From contig QPMI01000533.1 in assembly GCA_004431415.1 (NCBI GenBank), forward strand, positions 186,001 to 250,000: 64,000 nt of DNA. The letters are read 5' to 3'. This document shows positions 11,241 to 24,200 of this stretch, piece by piece. The notes under the pieces are model-generated. The model was not told where the DNA came from and did no database searches. It was given only the letters and a program-made list of their open reading frames with translations. Numbering within the stretch: position 1 is the first letter of the stretch; every line of letters begins with the position of its first letter. Source of the DNA: Cyanophora paradoxa CCMP329. Its lineage: Eukaryota; Plantae; Glaucophyta. Made by a program: the position numbers and the translations under genes.

Positions 11241-14200
11241 ATGCCCGACGACGAGGCTCTCGTCGCGTTGCAGCCGGACAGCGAAGACGAGGAGCTCGAG
11301 CCGCAGGACAGCGATGCCAGGCCTGCGGACAACGCTGCTGATGCTTCCGAAGGCTCGGATGCGAACGCGCAAGAGGTGCGCTCGCGCGCGCACGCTGCAG
11401 CTGTAGATTCGAAACTGCACATTCGCAAAGCGCGACTGCAGCTGCCTGCGCAGCTGACCAAAAACCTCGCAGGACGCGTCTGAGCTTGAGGATGGCCATG
11501 GTGAATTCGAAGAACTTAATCATGACGAGCCCTCGCCGTTCGATAGACTCCCTGACGACCTGCTCCTCACGATGCTCCGAGCGATTGCGAATGAGGTTTG
11601 TGCGCCGCATGCGCAGCCGCGCCGGCTCCGTCTTGACCTGACTAGGCGCCTTTCACATGTACAGCTGCCGATGGCTTCTGAGGGCGGGCGGTACCTGCGC
11701 TGCCGCTGGCCGGCGCGGCTGCGCGACGCGCACAGGCTCCGCCGCGTGTGCAGGCGCTTCAAGGAGGCGATCGACGGGGCGGGAGGGCCGCTAGCGCTCT
11801 TCGAATCCGCCGGCTGGGACTGGGGCGTCGAGCAGTGGCTCGAAGGCGCCCCCGGCATCGCGGGCGGCGCCGGCGCGCGCCGCGGTGCCTTCGTGGACTT
11901 TGAGGAGAAGCGCCGCTCCACCCTCCAGTCGTTCCTTCTGAGGCGGGCGCCCCGCCTCACCGGCCTGCGCGAGGTCACCGTCGACTGCTACGCGGAGCGC
12001 GGCGCCCGCTTCCTCTCCGCCCTCCCCTGCTGGCCCGCCCTGCGCTCCCTGCGCCTCCTCAACCTCGTGGGGGGCGCCACCGCCGAGCTCCGCGCCTGCG
12101 CCGCCGCCCTCGCCGCGGCCGGCGCCGCCGCCGCGTCGACGTCCACCGAACTCTCCCTCCTCGAGGTCGCTTTCCCGTACCCCTCCCAGCCCGCGAGCGC
12201 ATCGCAGGGGCCGCGTCGACGCCGCCCTCAGGTGAGCGTGGACGCGGAGCCGAAGCCCCGCGAAGGGGTCCTGGACTCGCTGCGGGAGACCCTGAGCGCC
12301 TGCGCCCGCTCCCTCTCCGCGCTCCGCCTCTGCAACGTCAACGTCGCCGGTGCGCCGATGCGCCGAGCTTCTTGCTTTCCCGGGCCGTCTACCCCCGATC
12401 GAGCTCACCACCTCCCAACCCGCTTTCACCTTACCCCCCTCTCCCTGTGCCTCGCGGCCCGACTCCTTCCTTTCCCATCTCCCTCCCTTCCCCCCCCCTC
12501 CCCCTCACCCCCCCCTCCCCCGCCCCCCCCCCCCCTCCCCCGCCCCCGCCCCCCGCCCCCTCCCCCGCCCCCCCCCCCGCCCCCGCCCCCCCCCCCCCCC
12601 CACCACCACCACCACCCCGGCCCGCTCCGTTCATGATCATCCACCTGCAGCTGATCATGTTGCGGCCGCGCAGGCCGGTGGACGGAGCTTCTGCCGCTCG
12701 AGGCGGGCGCGGCAGAGCCCCTACGCGAGCTCCGCATCGAGAACAGGCCTAGGGCGCGCAAGTCGATGGAGCTGCCGAACCTGTCGCTGGCCGGCCTCGA
12801 GCGCAGCCGCGGCGGCACTGGCCTGCAGGAGCTCATCGTCGTCGGGGCCGACCCGTTCCGCGGGACGGGCGGGCCAGGCTCCGCATCCGCCCTCGCCTCA
12901 TTGCCCGCCCTCCGCGATCTGACGGTGGATACCGCCGGCAACGGGAACTTCGCGAAGACTCCGGCGGAGGCGCGGCCCGCGCTGCCGCCGCCTCCCCCGG
13001 GCGCCTTCTCTGCGCTGCGGATCCTCGCCCTCTGCGGTCCGTCGACGCGCACCGATTGGTGGGCCGCCGTCCTCTCGTCTCCAGTCGGGGCCGCTTTGCA
13101 AGAAGTGCGCATCAAGCGCCCCGAGCGCCGACCTCCGCCGCCTCACTGAAGCGTGCCGCCGCAGCTCTCTTTGGACGACGTCCTCGAGTCAGACGCGCTT
13201 CTTCGGGCGCTGGCGTCGTCCGGGCCGGCCCTTGCGCTTCAGTCCCTGGCCCTCCAGAGCTGCGACCTCGGCAGCACTGGGCTCCTGACCCGCGTCCTGG
13301 CCGCCAGCCCGGCTCTGGCGTCCCTCGCCATCGCGTGCTGCCGCAAGGCGAAGCTGCTGCGCGTCCTGCAGGCCGTCGCGCCCGTCGCGCCCCTGCAGGA
13401 GTTATGCTGGAGCGTTCACCAGGTGCACGCGACTTCAAACTGCCTTCAAGACACTAGTACTGCCTCTTCTGTCATGACCGACCGTCCGGCGGTCCTCGCA
13501 GAACGAAGAGGACTGGTCGGCCTCCAAGCTCGCTCGGTGAGATCGTCTGCTTCCCTGGGCCCGGCGCCCGCCTCTCACTCGAGATCTGCGCTGCTTTTGC
13601 TCGAAGGTTTGTGGGGGACATGGGCGAGGCCGTGCGGCTCCTGAGAGGGCTGGACGCCCGCGGCGTCGAAGTCACGGTGCCGCTGGCGCTCGACCGCCTT
13701 GTCTCCGGTGCCTGGCTGCCCCGCCCGCGGCCGCGCCAGCGCGAGGGCCAGTGCGCCGGGGCGCGCTGATCATGGCTCGCGGCGCGCGCAGGGTACAGGC
13801 AGAGGCGCGAGTTCAGCAGCGAGGACGACGAAAGCAGCGAGAGCTCGGGCGGGGACGACGGCGGCTGCGACGACGACGACGATCATGTGTGTGCTGCTGT
13901 TTCAAAGGTTTTTAATCTAAGCCCTTTAGCTTGAAAATTGACGGCAGCGCAGCCGGCGCCGAGCGCGGCCGCGGGATCGGAACCGAACGCGAATTCACGA
14001 TCGAAAAAGCTCCTGATCAAGAAGAAGCGGCGCCGGCGGAACGTGGTCATCGACAGCGACGAGGAAGAGGAGGTGCAACTCTCTCAGATCCACAGGACCT
14101 GCATCTCGCGGCTGACGGCCGCCGGGCCGGGCCCGGCCTCGGGGCGGCGCGAAGGATCCGGAGTTCGATCGCGAGGGCGGAGGAGGACGGCGCCGCCGCA

Positions 14201-14359
14201 AGGTCATTGTTCACGACGACGAAGAAGACCAAGACGGCGAAAACAAGCGATAGATATCGATCTAGCTATAGCCTAGTATACGTAGATCTTGAGGGACCCC
14301 GCGGCCGGCCCGGCGGCTGCGCCGTCTTCGGCGGCGGCAGCACCTTCCAGATCTACTAA
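11241..14359 (+). CDS. F-box / leucine-rich-repeat-like protein (spliced; ends approximate)
   Basis: FDRLPDDLLLTMLRAI...LRRVCRRF is F-box-like, followed by repeated LxxLxL segments (LREVTV, LRSLRL, LQELIV, LRDLTV, LRILAL, LQSLAL, LASLAI) and an acidic/basic tail. Confidence 0.65.
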
Positions 14360-15492
14360 GTCTACTCGGGGGCGCCTTTTCCGTCGGCTGAGCCTCGCCG
14401 CGGCGCGATTCGAGCCTCGGCCGCGGAGCCCTCGGAGCCGCCCCGGCCCGACACCGCCTGCGTCTTGTCTCTACCGGCGCCAGCTCGCGTGGAACTGGAA
14501 AGAGTTTAAAGAACTGTGTCGAGGTATATCTGTACAGTACATATCCCAGTGCATAAAAAATTATGATATCGATCATGATAACGTTTAACAAAGCGGAATC
14601 GGTTCGGAAAGGGCTGTAAGCGTGCCGTAAGCGTGCTCCATGATCATGAGGCTCAACAACGCCGGCGCCGTCGAGGCTCAAGCGAGTTCTCCGGGATCCA
14701 TACATAGCTAGCAAGCTGAAGGTCGTCGACGCGTACGGCTTAAGGCCGTCAACACCAGCGCTAGCTGCAGCTGCAGGCTGGTCGCGGGCCGGCCCGGCCT
14801 CGGGCCCTGGCCCCTGGCTCGGGGCCTAGGCCTCGTACACGTGGAGCGCAACCGTGTCGTCTGCGTCCTCGAGCTCCAGCTGCAGCTCCGTCTCCAGCGA
14901 ATCCCAGTCTGCGCATTCGCGTGCGGTGACGGTCGTCAGCGGGGCGCATCGAAATCGAAATCGACGCGTACGCCGCGCGTACGCGTCCGCGCGTCGACTA
15001 GGCGAGGGTCTTCGCACCCGTAACGACGAAGTCGTCGATCTCCTCTAGCTCTTGGGTGGCTTCATCGAGCTCCTGCGCAGATCGCGCCATCAGGAGAGTG
15101 ACTTGCATTTTGATTGATCGCGCATATAAACAGACCCAAGGGATTCCGGAACCTTGGGCACCGGATTCCGCGAGTTCCGATCTGCCTGCTAGCCTGCCGC
15201 CAGGCAACCGTGGTCATTAGCACGAGGACCGTAAGACGAGGTTTTGGTGCGGGTCCGCGACTCCGCGTGCTCACGTACGGCCATCTTGGTCTATTTTCCA
15301 CCATCGAGAGCGGTCGGAGACTACGTGGGGTACGACCACCACCAAGCGAAGGGGTACAAAAGAAGCAACAAGTCCCCAAGTCCACCGGTTTCAGCCTCCT
15401 GGCAACCGCACAGCGTGAATACCGGATACAGAAGAGCGTAGTGAGAGCTGCCCCGCGCCCCGCACATGCCCAGCGCGTGAGCTTCTGGCCAC

Positions 15493-18400
15493 ATGGCAAA
15501 GACTGCCCGCGGGACGACGGCGCTGGCGGGCGGGAAGCCCCCAGCGACAGCATTTAGGAAAGATGAGGAGGTCATTGGGCAGTTTCGAAGGGTGCGCCGC
15601 TTGTTTCGTGCCTCCGGATCCCAGCGGGCCGCCGGCCGAGGGCTGCGTGCCGAGGCGGGGCTTCTAGAGCTCCCAATCTTGCCTTCTTCGCTGAGAGCGG
15701 CGCCCCCGCAGCACGACAAGCTCGGCAAGCTCTTTGCGTTCGACGAGGAAGAGGAGCCGCCCCCGATCCAGGAGCGCGTCAAGGCCTATCTGAAGGCGCA
15801 GCTGACGTCCGAGCGGACCAAGCACTGGCTGCAGGCGAGCCCCGCGCGCCGGCGGCCGCCCCGCGCGCCCTGAAGCGGCGGCGCGGCGCAGGTGCTCTTG
15901 TGGGCCATCACCAGCCCGCCCAGCCAGCTCGTCTGCCTCCGCTACGTCGTCGAGAAGGGCCCGAGGAACGGCAACGCGTTCGCCTACCTCATCTGGGTGC
16001 GCCCCGCCGCCCGCCCGCCGGCCCGCCCGCCGCGCCCGCACACGCGCCGACGGCCGCTGCCAGGCGGCGCTCTTCCTGCTCCCCGCCATCCTCGGGTTCT
16101 ACTTCTGGCGGAGCACGACCCCGCGGCAGCGGTGCGGCCCGCGGCCCGCGCCGCAGCAGAGCTCGGGCGCGGGCGCCGCGGCGCTGACGCGCCCGCCCGC
16201 TCCCGACCCCTCGCAGCGCGCGCCTGCTCGGGCGGGGCCGCGACGGAGACGCTGGGGACGTTAGGCGGGACGGGTACGGGCGGCCGTCGAGCAGCGAGCG
16301 GGCGGGCGGCGCCGCCGGCCCCCGCTTCATCATGGTGCAGAGCCAGAAGGCCGGCGGGGGCTTCACTGAGCGCGACGCGCCTCGCAGCAGCGCGCGCCCC
16401 AAATCGTATGCGAGCGCGCGCCCGCCCGCCACTCGCGCCCCGCCGACGACGGCGGCGTCGCAGGGGCGGGGCGGTTCTGGGGGAGACCGGTCGCCTGGCC
16501 GAGTCGCCGGAGTCCCTGGAGGGGTACGAGGAGGAGGAGGAGCCGCGCCCCGCGCTCCTCTCGCGGCGCGCCCTCCTCCTCTGCGGGTCCCTCCACGGCC
16601 TCGAGCTCGCCCTCGCCGTGCGCGCCGTACCCCCCCACCCCATCCCCCCACCTCCCGAGCCCCCCGAGCCCCGGCCCCGGGCGCAGGCGCTGGCGTTCCA
16701 CCGGAAGGAGGCGGGGGCCGGCTCCGCCGCGGCCTCCTTCATCGTCCTCTCGGCCGCCCTCGACGTCGCCTTCTCCGACGCCCTCGCCGCCCTCCTCTTC
16801 CGCCGCAGGCGAGCCAGCCAGAAAGCTCTCTCCTGCTCCCTCTCTCTCTCTTCCCTTTTGATCTCCGAAGGCAGGCTCCCCGTGATCGTGGACCTGGTTG
16901 CGAGCCTCGGGCTTGCCGCCGCCGCCGCCGTCTACCACGCTCTCGTCTACCAGGACCAGCGCTGGAGCCTGCGGTCCCCCGCCGCGGCGGACGTCCTCCC
17001 CCTCGCCGCCTGCGCCCTCTCCCGCCTCGCCCGCTGCCTCCGGGCCGCCCTCCACCGCCGCCTGCTCCTCGCCCGCGCAGACGAGTTCAAGCGACTCGCT
17101 GAGGCGAGCGCCAAGCTGACCAAGCTGCTTTCCCTTTCTCCTTTGGCTCACGTTCTTTCTTCTCCTTGCGCTCCGGCAGGAGGCGGGGACGGCGGAGGAG
17201 CCGCACTTCTTCGAGGGGACGCCGGACTGGCGGGGCCGGCGGCTCAGCGACAAGGCCCAGGGCCGCCTCGACGCCGCCTTCGGTCCGCCCCGCCCGCCCC
17301 CGCCCGCGCCACAGTTCTTAGGGCCCGGCGCCCGCGCCCGCCCGCCCCGCGCCCGGCCGGCCTCACGCCCCCCCTCCCTCCCTCCCCCCCTCTTTCGGCA
17401 CAGCGAACCCGGTCCTGGAGGCCGAGAACTTCAGCATCGAGCGGGTACGGAACCTCGAGGTGCGAAAGAAAAGCGCGGGGGGGGAGGATACGGGATCGTC
17501 CCCGCGGCCGGGCTTGATCCCCCCCCGGCTCGCAGCTGGCCGCCCTCGGGTTCGGCCCCCTCATCGCCGCCGGCCTCTGCGTCGTACCCCTGGCCGTGCG
17601 CCCCCCCCCCTCCCCCCCCCTCCCCCCCCCACCCTTGTCGCTCAGGTGTGGTCCCCCGGTGGCTTCGCCTCCCTCTCCCCCGCGGGCATCGGGCCGGGGG
17701 CGGCGCTGGCGTTCCTCGCGTACGTCGCCTGCGCGGCCGCGAACCCGTTCCTCGCCCACGTCGTCACCCTCGAGTCCTCCGTCGGTCCGCCCGCCCTCGA
17801 ATTTGATCCGCTGGGCCAAGATTTGATCCGCCTGGCGCCCGCCCGCCGTCGGCTCTTCCTCTCTCTCTTCTTTCTCACCCGCCCGCCCGCCCCCCCGCCC
17901 GCCCGGCCTCAGGCGTCTGGACCGGCGTCGTCGTCATCTCCATCGTCGGCAACGTCGGCTTCTCGAGGTACCCCCGGATCCCTCCCGCGCGGCGTACCCC
18001 CTCCCTCTTTCCTAACGGTACCCCCCGCCAGCCTCTTCGTCGACCGGCCCTACTCCGACCTCGGCTCCACCCGCGCCGTGCGTACCCCCCTGCCGTACCC
18101 CACCCGACCCCGAGCGCGTACCCCCTGAGGCTTCCCCCCCCTCTCACAGGCCTCGCTGGGTCTCATTGCGGGGGCGCTGGCGTGGCGTACCCACGCGTAC
18201 CACGGCGAGATCGAGCGCAACCAGCGCAAGCGCGTACCCCCGCCCTATCCAGCTCATTTACCCCCTCTTACGTCCCCCGGGGTACAGGATGGACGTGTCC
18301 GCGGTGTACCGGCGGCTGCCGGAGCTGGCGGAGATCGACGCGGCGGCACTGTGCGCCGTGGGCCGCGACGAGGCGGCGGCGGTCGTCGAGGCGCTCGCCT

Positions 18401-18897
18401 CGCGCGCCGCCCACGAGCCCGTCTTCCCCTTCCGGCCCCGGGCGCGCCCCGGCCCTCTCGCCCCGCCCCGCCCGCTGCCCCGTCTGAGCGGGGGGCGCAG
18501 TTCGCGGGGCGGAGGCTGTGCCGCCTCGACCCGACGGCGCCCCTCTCGGCGGCGGAGCTCGCCGGCGGCTCGCCCGGCACCGCCGCCGACCCCTTCGCCG
18601 GCTCCGCCCCGCCCTCCTCCGGTGCCCCCGCCCGCCCTCCCCGCCCCGCCCCTCGCCTCTTCTCCTAACCGGCGGGGCGCAGGGCTGGCGCGGCCGCGTG
18701 TCTCGCGGCGGCGTTCGACAGTGTGGCCGCAGCTGGCGACGCAGAACTCGCGGGGCTCCATCGCAGCGCGGATGGGCCTCGCGCCCTACACGCCCGCCTC
18801 GCCCCCGCCCCGCGCCTCCAGCACGGGCGGCGCCGGCGAGCCCCGCCGCGCCGCCTCGCTGCCCCCGAGCCGCAGGCAGGCCCCCAACACCTCCTAG
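15493..18897 (+). CDS. Multi-exon, multi-pass membrane hypothetical protein
   Basis: More than 10 short exons encode hydrophobic stretches (AALFLLPAILGFYFW, SFIVLSAALDVAF, LAFLAYVACAAANPF, GVVVISIVGNVGF). GT/GC-AG introns. Start is uncertain. Confidence 0.55.
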
Positions 18898-20139
18898 CCC
18901 CCCGGTCTCGGGCCTGGATATTTATGATTAGTCGTCTTTCTATAGCTTGCTCTTTGTTCAGGCCTGTATGATTAATTAGTACTAGTGCCACGCGTACTTT
19001 TTTGTTGATATCTATATTTTTGTTGAACTCAGTCTGCATGCGCACTGATTCTGCAGGCGGCCAGCGGCCCGGCGGCGGCCCAGGCCGGCGCTGAGGCCGC
19101 CAAGTCGGCCAGCTGCAGATGCAGCTGCAGACTCTGAGAGTGATCGATGAGAATCCAGAAAATTGTAAATTGGCAGAAATTGACCAGAATCCAGCCTGGC
19201 AGATTCCAGGTATATATAGAATCTATAGATCTAGAGATTCTAGAGTAAATCTGTATGAGGCTACTATGAGCTAGATCTAGAGATCATCGGATTTTAGACT
19301 CAGTGAGAAACAGATCATGATGATGAGAGTCTGAGACTCGAATCATTCGATCAGGTCACTCAGACTCACTCTGACTCCCTCAGCCGGGTCAGCCCGGGAC
19401 TCCGGCCGGGACTCGGGAGTCGGGAGTCGGGAGTCAGCCGCTGAGCGTGACTCAGGTTATGTTGATGAATTGCAAATCAGCACGAACCTTCAAGGGCGGG
19501 AGTGACTCGGCGGTGACTCCGCGGTGACTCATGCTGCTTTATAAAAACGCGCTGATCGTGATAAAACAAATCAGTCAAATTATAATATTTGTTACGATTG
19601 TGAGAATTTGTGATTCAGCTTGCGGGGTACAAGCTTGTAAGCCAAGTGCAAGTTGTGAGGCTATATATATAGCTATCCGATGATATCGATCGATATATAT
19701 CGCTTACAAAAGCTTGTACATCACAGTACATGTGACTCAAGTTGTGATTCTAACTTGTGACTCAGTGAGTCGGGAAATGGCCAGTTGTTACTTGATCGTG
19801 ACTCGGGAGTCTTAATTTGATTAATGACATAATTGTGTTGATTTATGTACATGTATAAACATGTCATCTAATTTTCAAAATATGAAAATGTATCCACTGC
19901 AAATGGCAAGATGTCTAATTTATAAATTATAACGTTAACGGCCTCGAACTTCCGCGAAGTTCGAAGCCAATCATAGAGTGCCAGCTGGAAGGTTGGTAAG
20001 TGTAATCATTGGTTGCGGCGCGATCAGATTGGTAAGATACCGCTGCGTCCGAAAACTGATGAATACGAAATGCAAGCTGGCTCAGACGTCTTCGAAATTC
20101 GATATCAGCAAATTGACAGCAATGCCACAGGTACCGGTA

Positions 20140-20400
20140 CCGTGTAACAGGAAAATACTGGACGCTGATAATTAGTGGAGCAGGAAATTAGTGGACTAAA
20201 CTTTTGACTCAGTCCACTAATTTCCGGCTCCAGTATTTCCCTGCTGCTAAGCTGCCCCGTCAAGTACCCCCCCAAATTACCACCCCATACAAGCCTGAAA
20301 AGGTTGTGGTCCACTAATTTCGGGCTCCAGTATTTCGCCAAAGGGAGGGCCGAGTTTTACGATCCACTAATTTCCGATCTGGTATTTTCCTGTTACACGG
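20140..20400. mobile_element. MITE, Tc1/mariner-type (TA target duplication)
   Basis: TA|CCGTGTAACAGGAAAATAC (20138-20158) and GTATTTTCCTGTTACACGG|TA (20382-20402) are perfect reverse complements. Internal AATTAGTGGA/TCCACTAATT repeats; no ORF. Confidence 0.85.
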
Positions 20401-21221
20401 TAGCTAGAGGTGGGGCTTGAGCGCAAATAGGCGGCTCGAGCCGGGCTCGAGCCGGCACCCCTCGAGCCACGGGCCGGCTCGAGCCGGCTTGAGGTGGGGG
20501 TACGCAGTTCTCGGATTATATAATATTCGATATATATATAATAAAAACCTAAATATAATAGCGAGCCGGCTCGCCGGCTCGCCGGCTCGCCCCTCACAAA
20601 TCCCCTCGCGGCTCGAGCCGGCCGCGCCGTTCCCCTCGAGCGGCTCGGCTCGAGCCGGCTCGCGTGGCCAGCAGCCCGGCTCGAGCCGCTCGGCCCCTTG
20701 GACGGTACCTAGTCGGACCTCGGTGTAGGGCACTGTCAGTGTGTCACACAGTGTAGGCTGGCACAGTCGATGCCGCATCATCGGCCCGCATGCCGCACTG
20801 CGGCACCTGTAGGCTGTGGCCCAGGCTGTGGGCCAGGCTGTGGCAGCCTGGCCGCCCGGGCAGCCTGGCAGTGCGCAGTGCCGCAGTGCGCACTGCGAAC
20901 AGTGCGAAGCCGCGGCCGGCGCCAGCCGGCGCCGCTGACTCTCAGTGAGCTACTGTGAGGCAGTGTGAGCATGATGCGCTGTGTCACAGTGTATACCAGG
21001 CGCGTTCGCGGCAACGGCGACAGACCCCACGTTTGTGCGTTTGCCAAAATCAAAGATAGCAATACTGCTATGATACAGCTTGGGCGATCCTCAGGGCTTC
21101 TGCGCCTGTGGCCACGATCGCCTTGATTCGGCCCTTGAGCTTGAAGCGTTCTCATTCACAGAAGCGAACGCTCGGCCGGATGTGCAGCTGCAGCTAGCCG
21201 TGTGGCAGCCTTGAGCTGAAC

Positions 21222-24200
21222 ATGAATGACGGCCGCGGCACCGCGGCCGCGGCCGCGTGTGCAGATCCCGTGGTGGCCGAGCTCGCCGCACTCGGCGCAT
21301 TGATGTCGGATTCTGCACCTGTCGACATCGACGCTGGACTCGCCGAGCAAACGGAGACAGACGCGGCAGCTTGTCCCGATCATGGTGCCTATACATATGC
21401 GGACGCGGATCTATATCTGTCGGCGTTCGACGAGGCGGCCGCGGCGGCCTCCACATATGCACGCGCAAGCGACGAGATGCCGGAGGGCGCCGCGGCCGGC
21501 GCCGGCGCCGGCACCGCCGCGGAAGCGTCGACGAAGCTCCAGTCGTGCGAGGACCCGCTGGTCCGACCGCTCGTCGACGAGGTGGGCGTTTCTTCCCTTC
21601 GTCTTATAATTAGGCCTCGCAGGCCTAGGCCTGGCCATGGGCCCTGCAGCTGGCCATGGGCCTAGCTATATATGCCCTGGGCCCGCGGCTCGGCCTGCTC
21701 TCATCTGGTCTGACCGGAACCTATCCGGCCCGGGCCCCGAGCAGTTCTGGAGCGTGGTTGTGGCCGGAGGGGAGACCGTGGGCCGGGACGCGTACCTCGC
21801 CTACCACGAGTGGTGCTGCCGATTCGAATTTCCATTCGATTTCAACCAAGTTCGGTTCTTCGCTTACGTTTCGGCCTTGGCGCAGCCTGTACCGGGCGCT
21901 GCACGGCGACTTCGACGAGGCGCGGGCGCGGGCGGCGGCGGAGGAGGACTGGGCGCACGACGCCGGGGGCGGGGCGGCCCTGGACTGGCCCCGCTTCCGC
22001 GACTCGCTCCTCCAGCTCGTCGGTTCGCGCCCGCACTTCCGGACACGCACCTGATTATATAAGCCTAAGCCTAAGCCTAAGCCTAAGCCTCGAGCTGGAT
22101 CGCACTATAGCTAATCGACAGCGCGATCCCGGCCCGGCCGCGGCTGATCGTATCTTCATCCTGACTGAAGCGGCCGCGCCGGTACCGCCGGCACCGCAGA
22201 CGTGTGGACTCCAGGCTACGCAGCCTCGGAGTGGGCCCGCTTCCTCCGGTGCGCTGGATCGATTGCAATTGCAAGCTTTTTGAAACCTAGCTCGCCTGTT
22301 ATACACCTTAGATGTGTATTCGTGACCTCGAGAGCTTTGTTCGTTATTCGTGACATCGACATGCGCTCACGTGCACCCACGGGCAGGCGGCTACTGGGGC
22401 GAATCTCGGAGTGGAGTCCGGAGGCAGGCCGCATCGTACTGCGCGACCCCCGCCGTGCGTTCGTTAAAGATTCTGTGTATGCATTTAGATATTAGAATTA
22501 ATCTCTTAAGATTGGGTCATATGCATGCTCTCGTTAGTATGATCATTATCATTAGCCAAGATCATGATTATTAGCTTGAGTATCACAACGACAAGTGTCA
22601 AATAATAATCGATGTCTGTATCGAATCCACAACTTAAAATGAATGTTAACGCTGTGTCGTGCATTCCGCTTTCTACACGTACGATTGTCTTCGTTCGAAT
22701 CCATTCTATCAAGTCGCCCACTCGTTCTATTTTGAACGCTGCGTTTTCTGATTCGAGTTTTAACTCTCGAACTCTATTCAAAGCTTTCCCATGGTTCATC
22801 CAAGTTCAAAAAATAAACAGTGACGAGTTGAAAGAAAGAAGCGTCTCTAGAAAACATTTCCCCACCTGGAGTCCATTCGTGCGCTATTTTTCGACGCCGT
22901 TGTTCTCGACGGATATGGTGCGATCATTCTGATTTAATTCGAATTCGAATTTCTCAAATATCGTCCTTGAACGCGCGTACACAAACAAGTTGTTCATCAC
23001 CGCATTGAAATATTGTCATTGAATTTTAATTTAATACGAAGTCGTGCGAGTTGGATTTATCATGTACTGGAGTTCGCTTTGTCATTTCTAATCAGATTTG
23101 GAATTGCGACCTTGTCCGGATTTGAATTACACTTCTGCGCGCTTTCCTATTTAGATTTGGATTGCATGAAAGTGCGCTCTCGTTCGCAACCTTTTTTTTG
23201 TTGCATTGCATCTGGTGCTCGTTTCCATTTCAATTCGGATTTCAATCGTGTGCGTACTCGTTTAGAATTAATCTAGATTCTGATTGCAATCGTGTTCGCG
23301 CTCTCAGTTTTGTGCTGCATGTCATTGGGTTTGTGTTGCATGTCGTTCGAGTTGCATTTCAGTGCTTGTTATCATCACAATTGTCGCTCTCATTTATTAG
23401 GCCTTCGGATTGCGTTCGCCCCAGCTGCAATCCATTTGCTGCATTTCATTGTCCATATTTCAATCCATTAATTTGATATTTAATTCACCGTCCATTTGTT
23501 TCTGCGCTAGCGTTGGTTGAGTTTGCCGCATTCAATCGTTTCTCTGTTACGCATAAAAACTGGATTGCCCTTGACTTCGTGTTCATTGCCTTCGTGGTTT
23601 CTTTTATCTCATTGCACTTTCAAAGTGTCGCATTGCATTTTCAGGGTTTCGAAGGCGGAACTTCAGCATTCCAGCATTTCCTGCGAGTTTCTATGACGTT
23701 GACGTTGAGTTCGACGTTGACGTTGAGTTCGACGTTGACATTGACAGAGTTTGAGTTCAAATTTGAATATTCTCTGCTATAGCTATAGTTTATATTCTCT
23801 TGCCTACTAGTTTTTTTTCTATATATGTGTGCATCATTTCTACGTCTCTTTCGTCTCTAAGTTCTTTCCGCAGAGGTGACGGCGATCGAGGGCACCGGCG
23901 TGCGGGCCTCGAGGGGCGCGGAGGCGGGCAAGGGGCGGCGATTCTCGGCGGCGCTGGGGCGGCAGGGGAGCCGCCGCGCTTCGGCCGCCTCGTCCTCTTT
24001 CTCGGCAGTGAGCGCCCAGGTCCGTCCGGATCCCAGTGGCGTGCTGGTCCGAATTTGCTTTGCTCGTTTCTGAGCGCGTGGGCAGGGCTCGCGGCGGGGC
24101 GGGAAGGGCGCGGGCGTGCCGGCGGCGATCGACGAGGATGCGTACAGGCGCCTCTGCGGCGGCTGGCGCCTGGTGCGCGAGATCAAGAACATGGGCCCCG

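Noticed and set aside
14761-15090. Possible small minus-strand gene (QELDEATQELEEIDDFVVT..., DWDSLETELQLELEDADD)
   Set aside because: Short acidic segments with plausible splice sites, but no recognisable family and insufficient support.
19100-20130. AT-richer GACTC/GAGTC-rich stretch as a distinct element
   Set aside because: No termini, ORF or regular period found; treated as intergenic DNA carrying the general palindrome signature.
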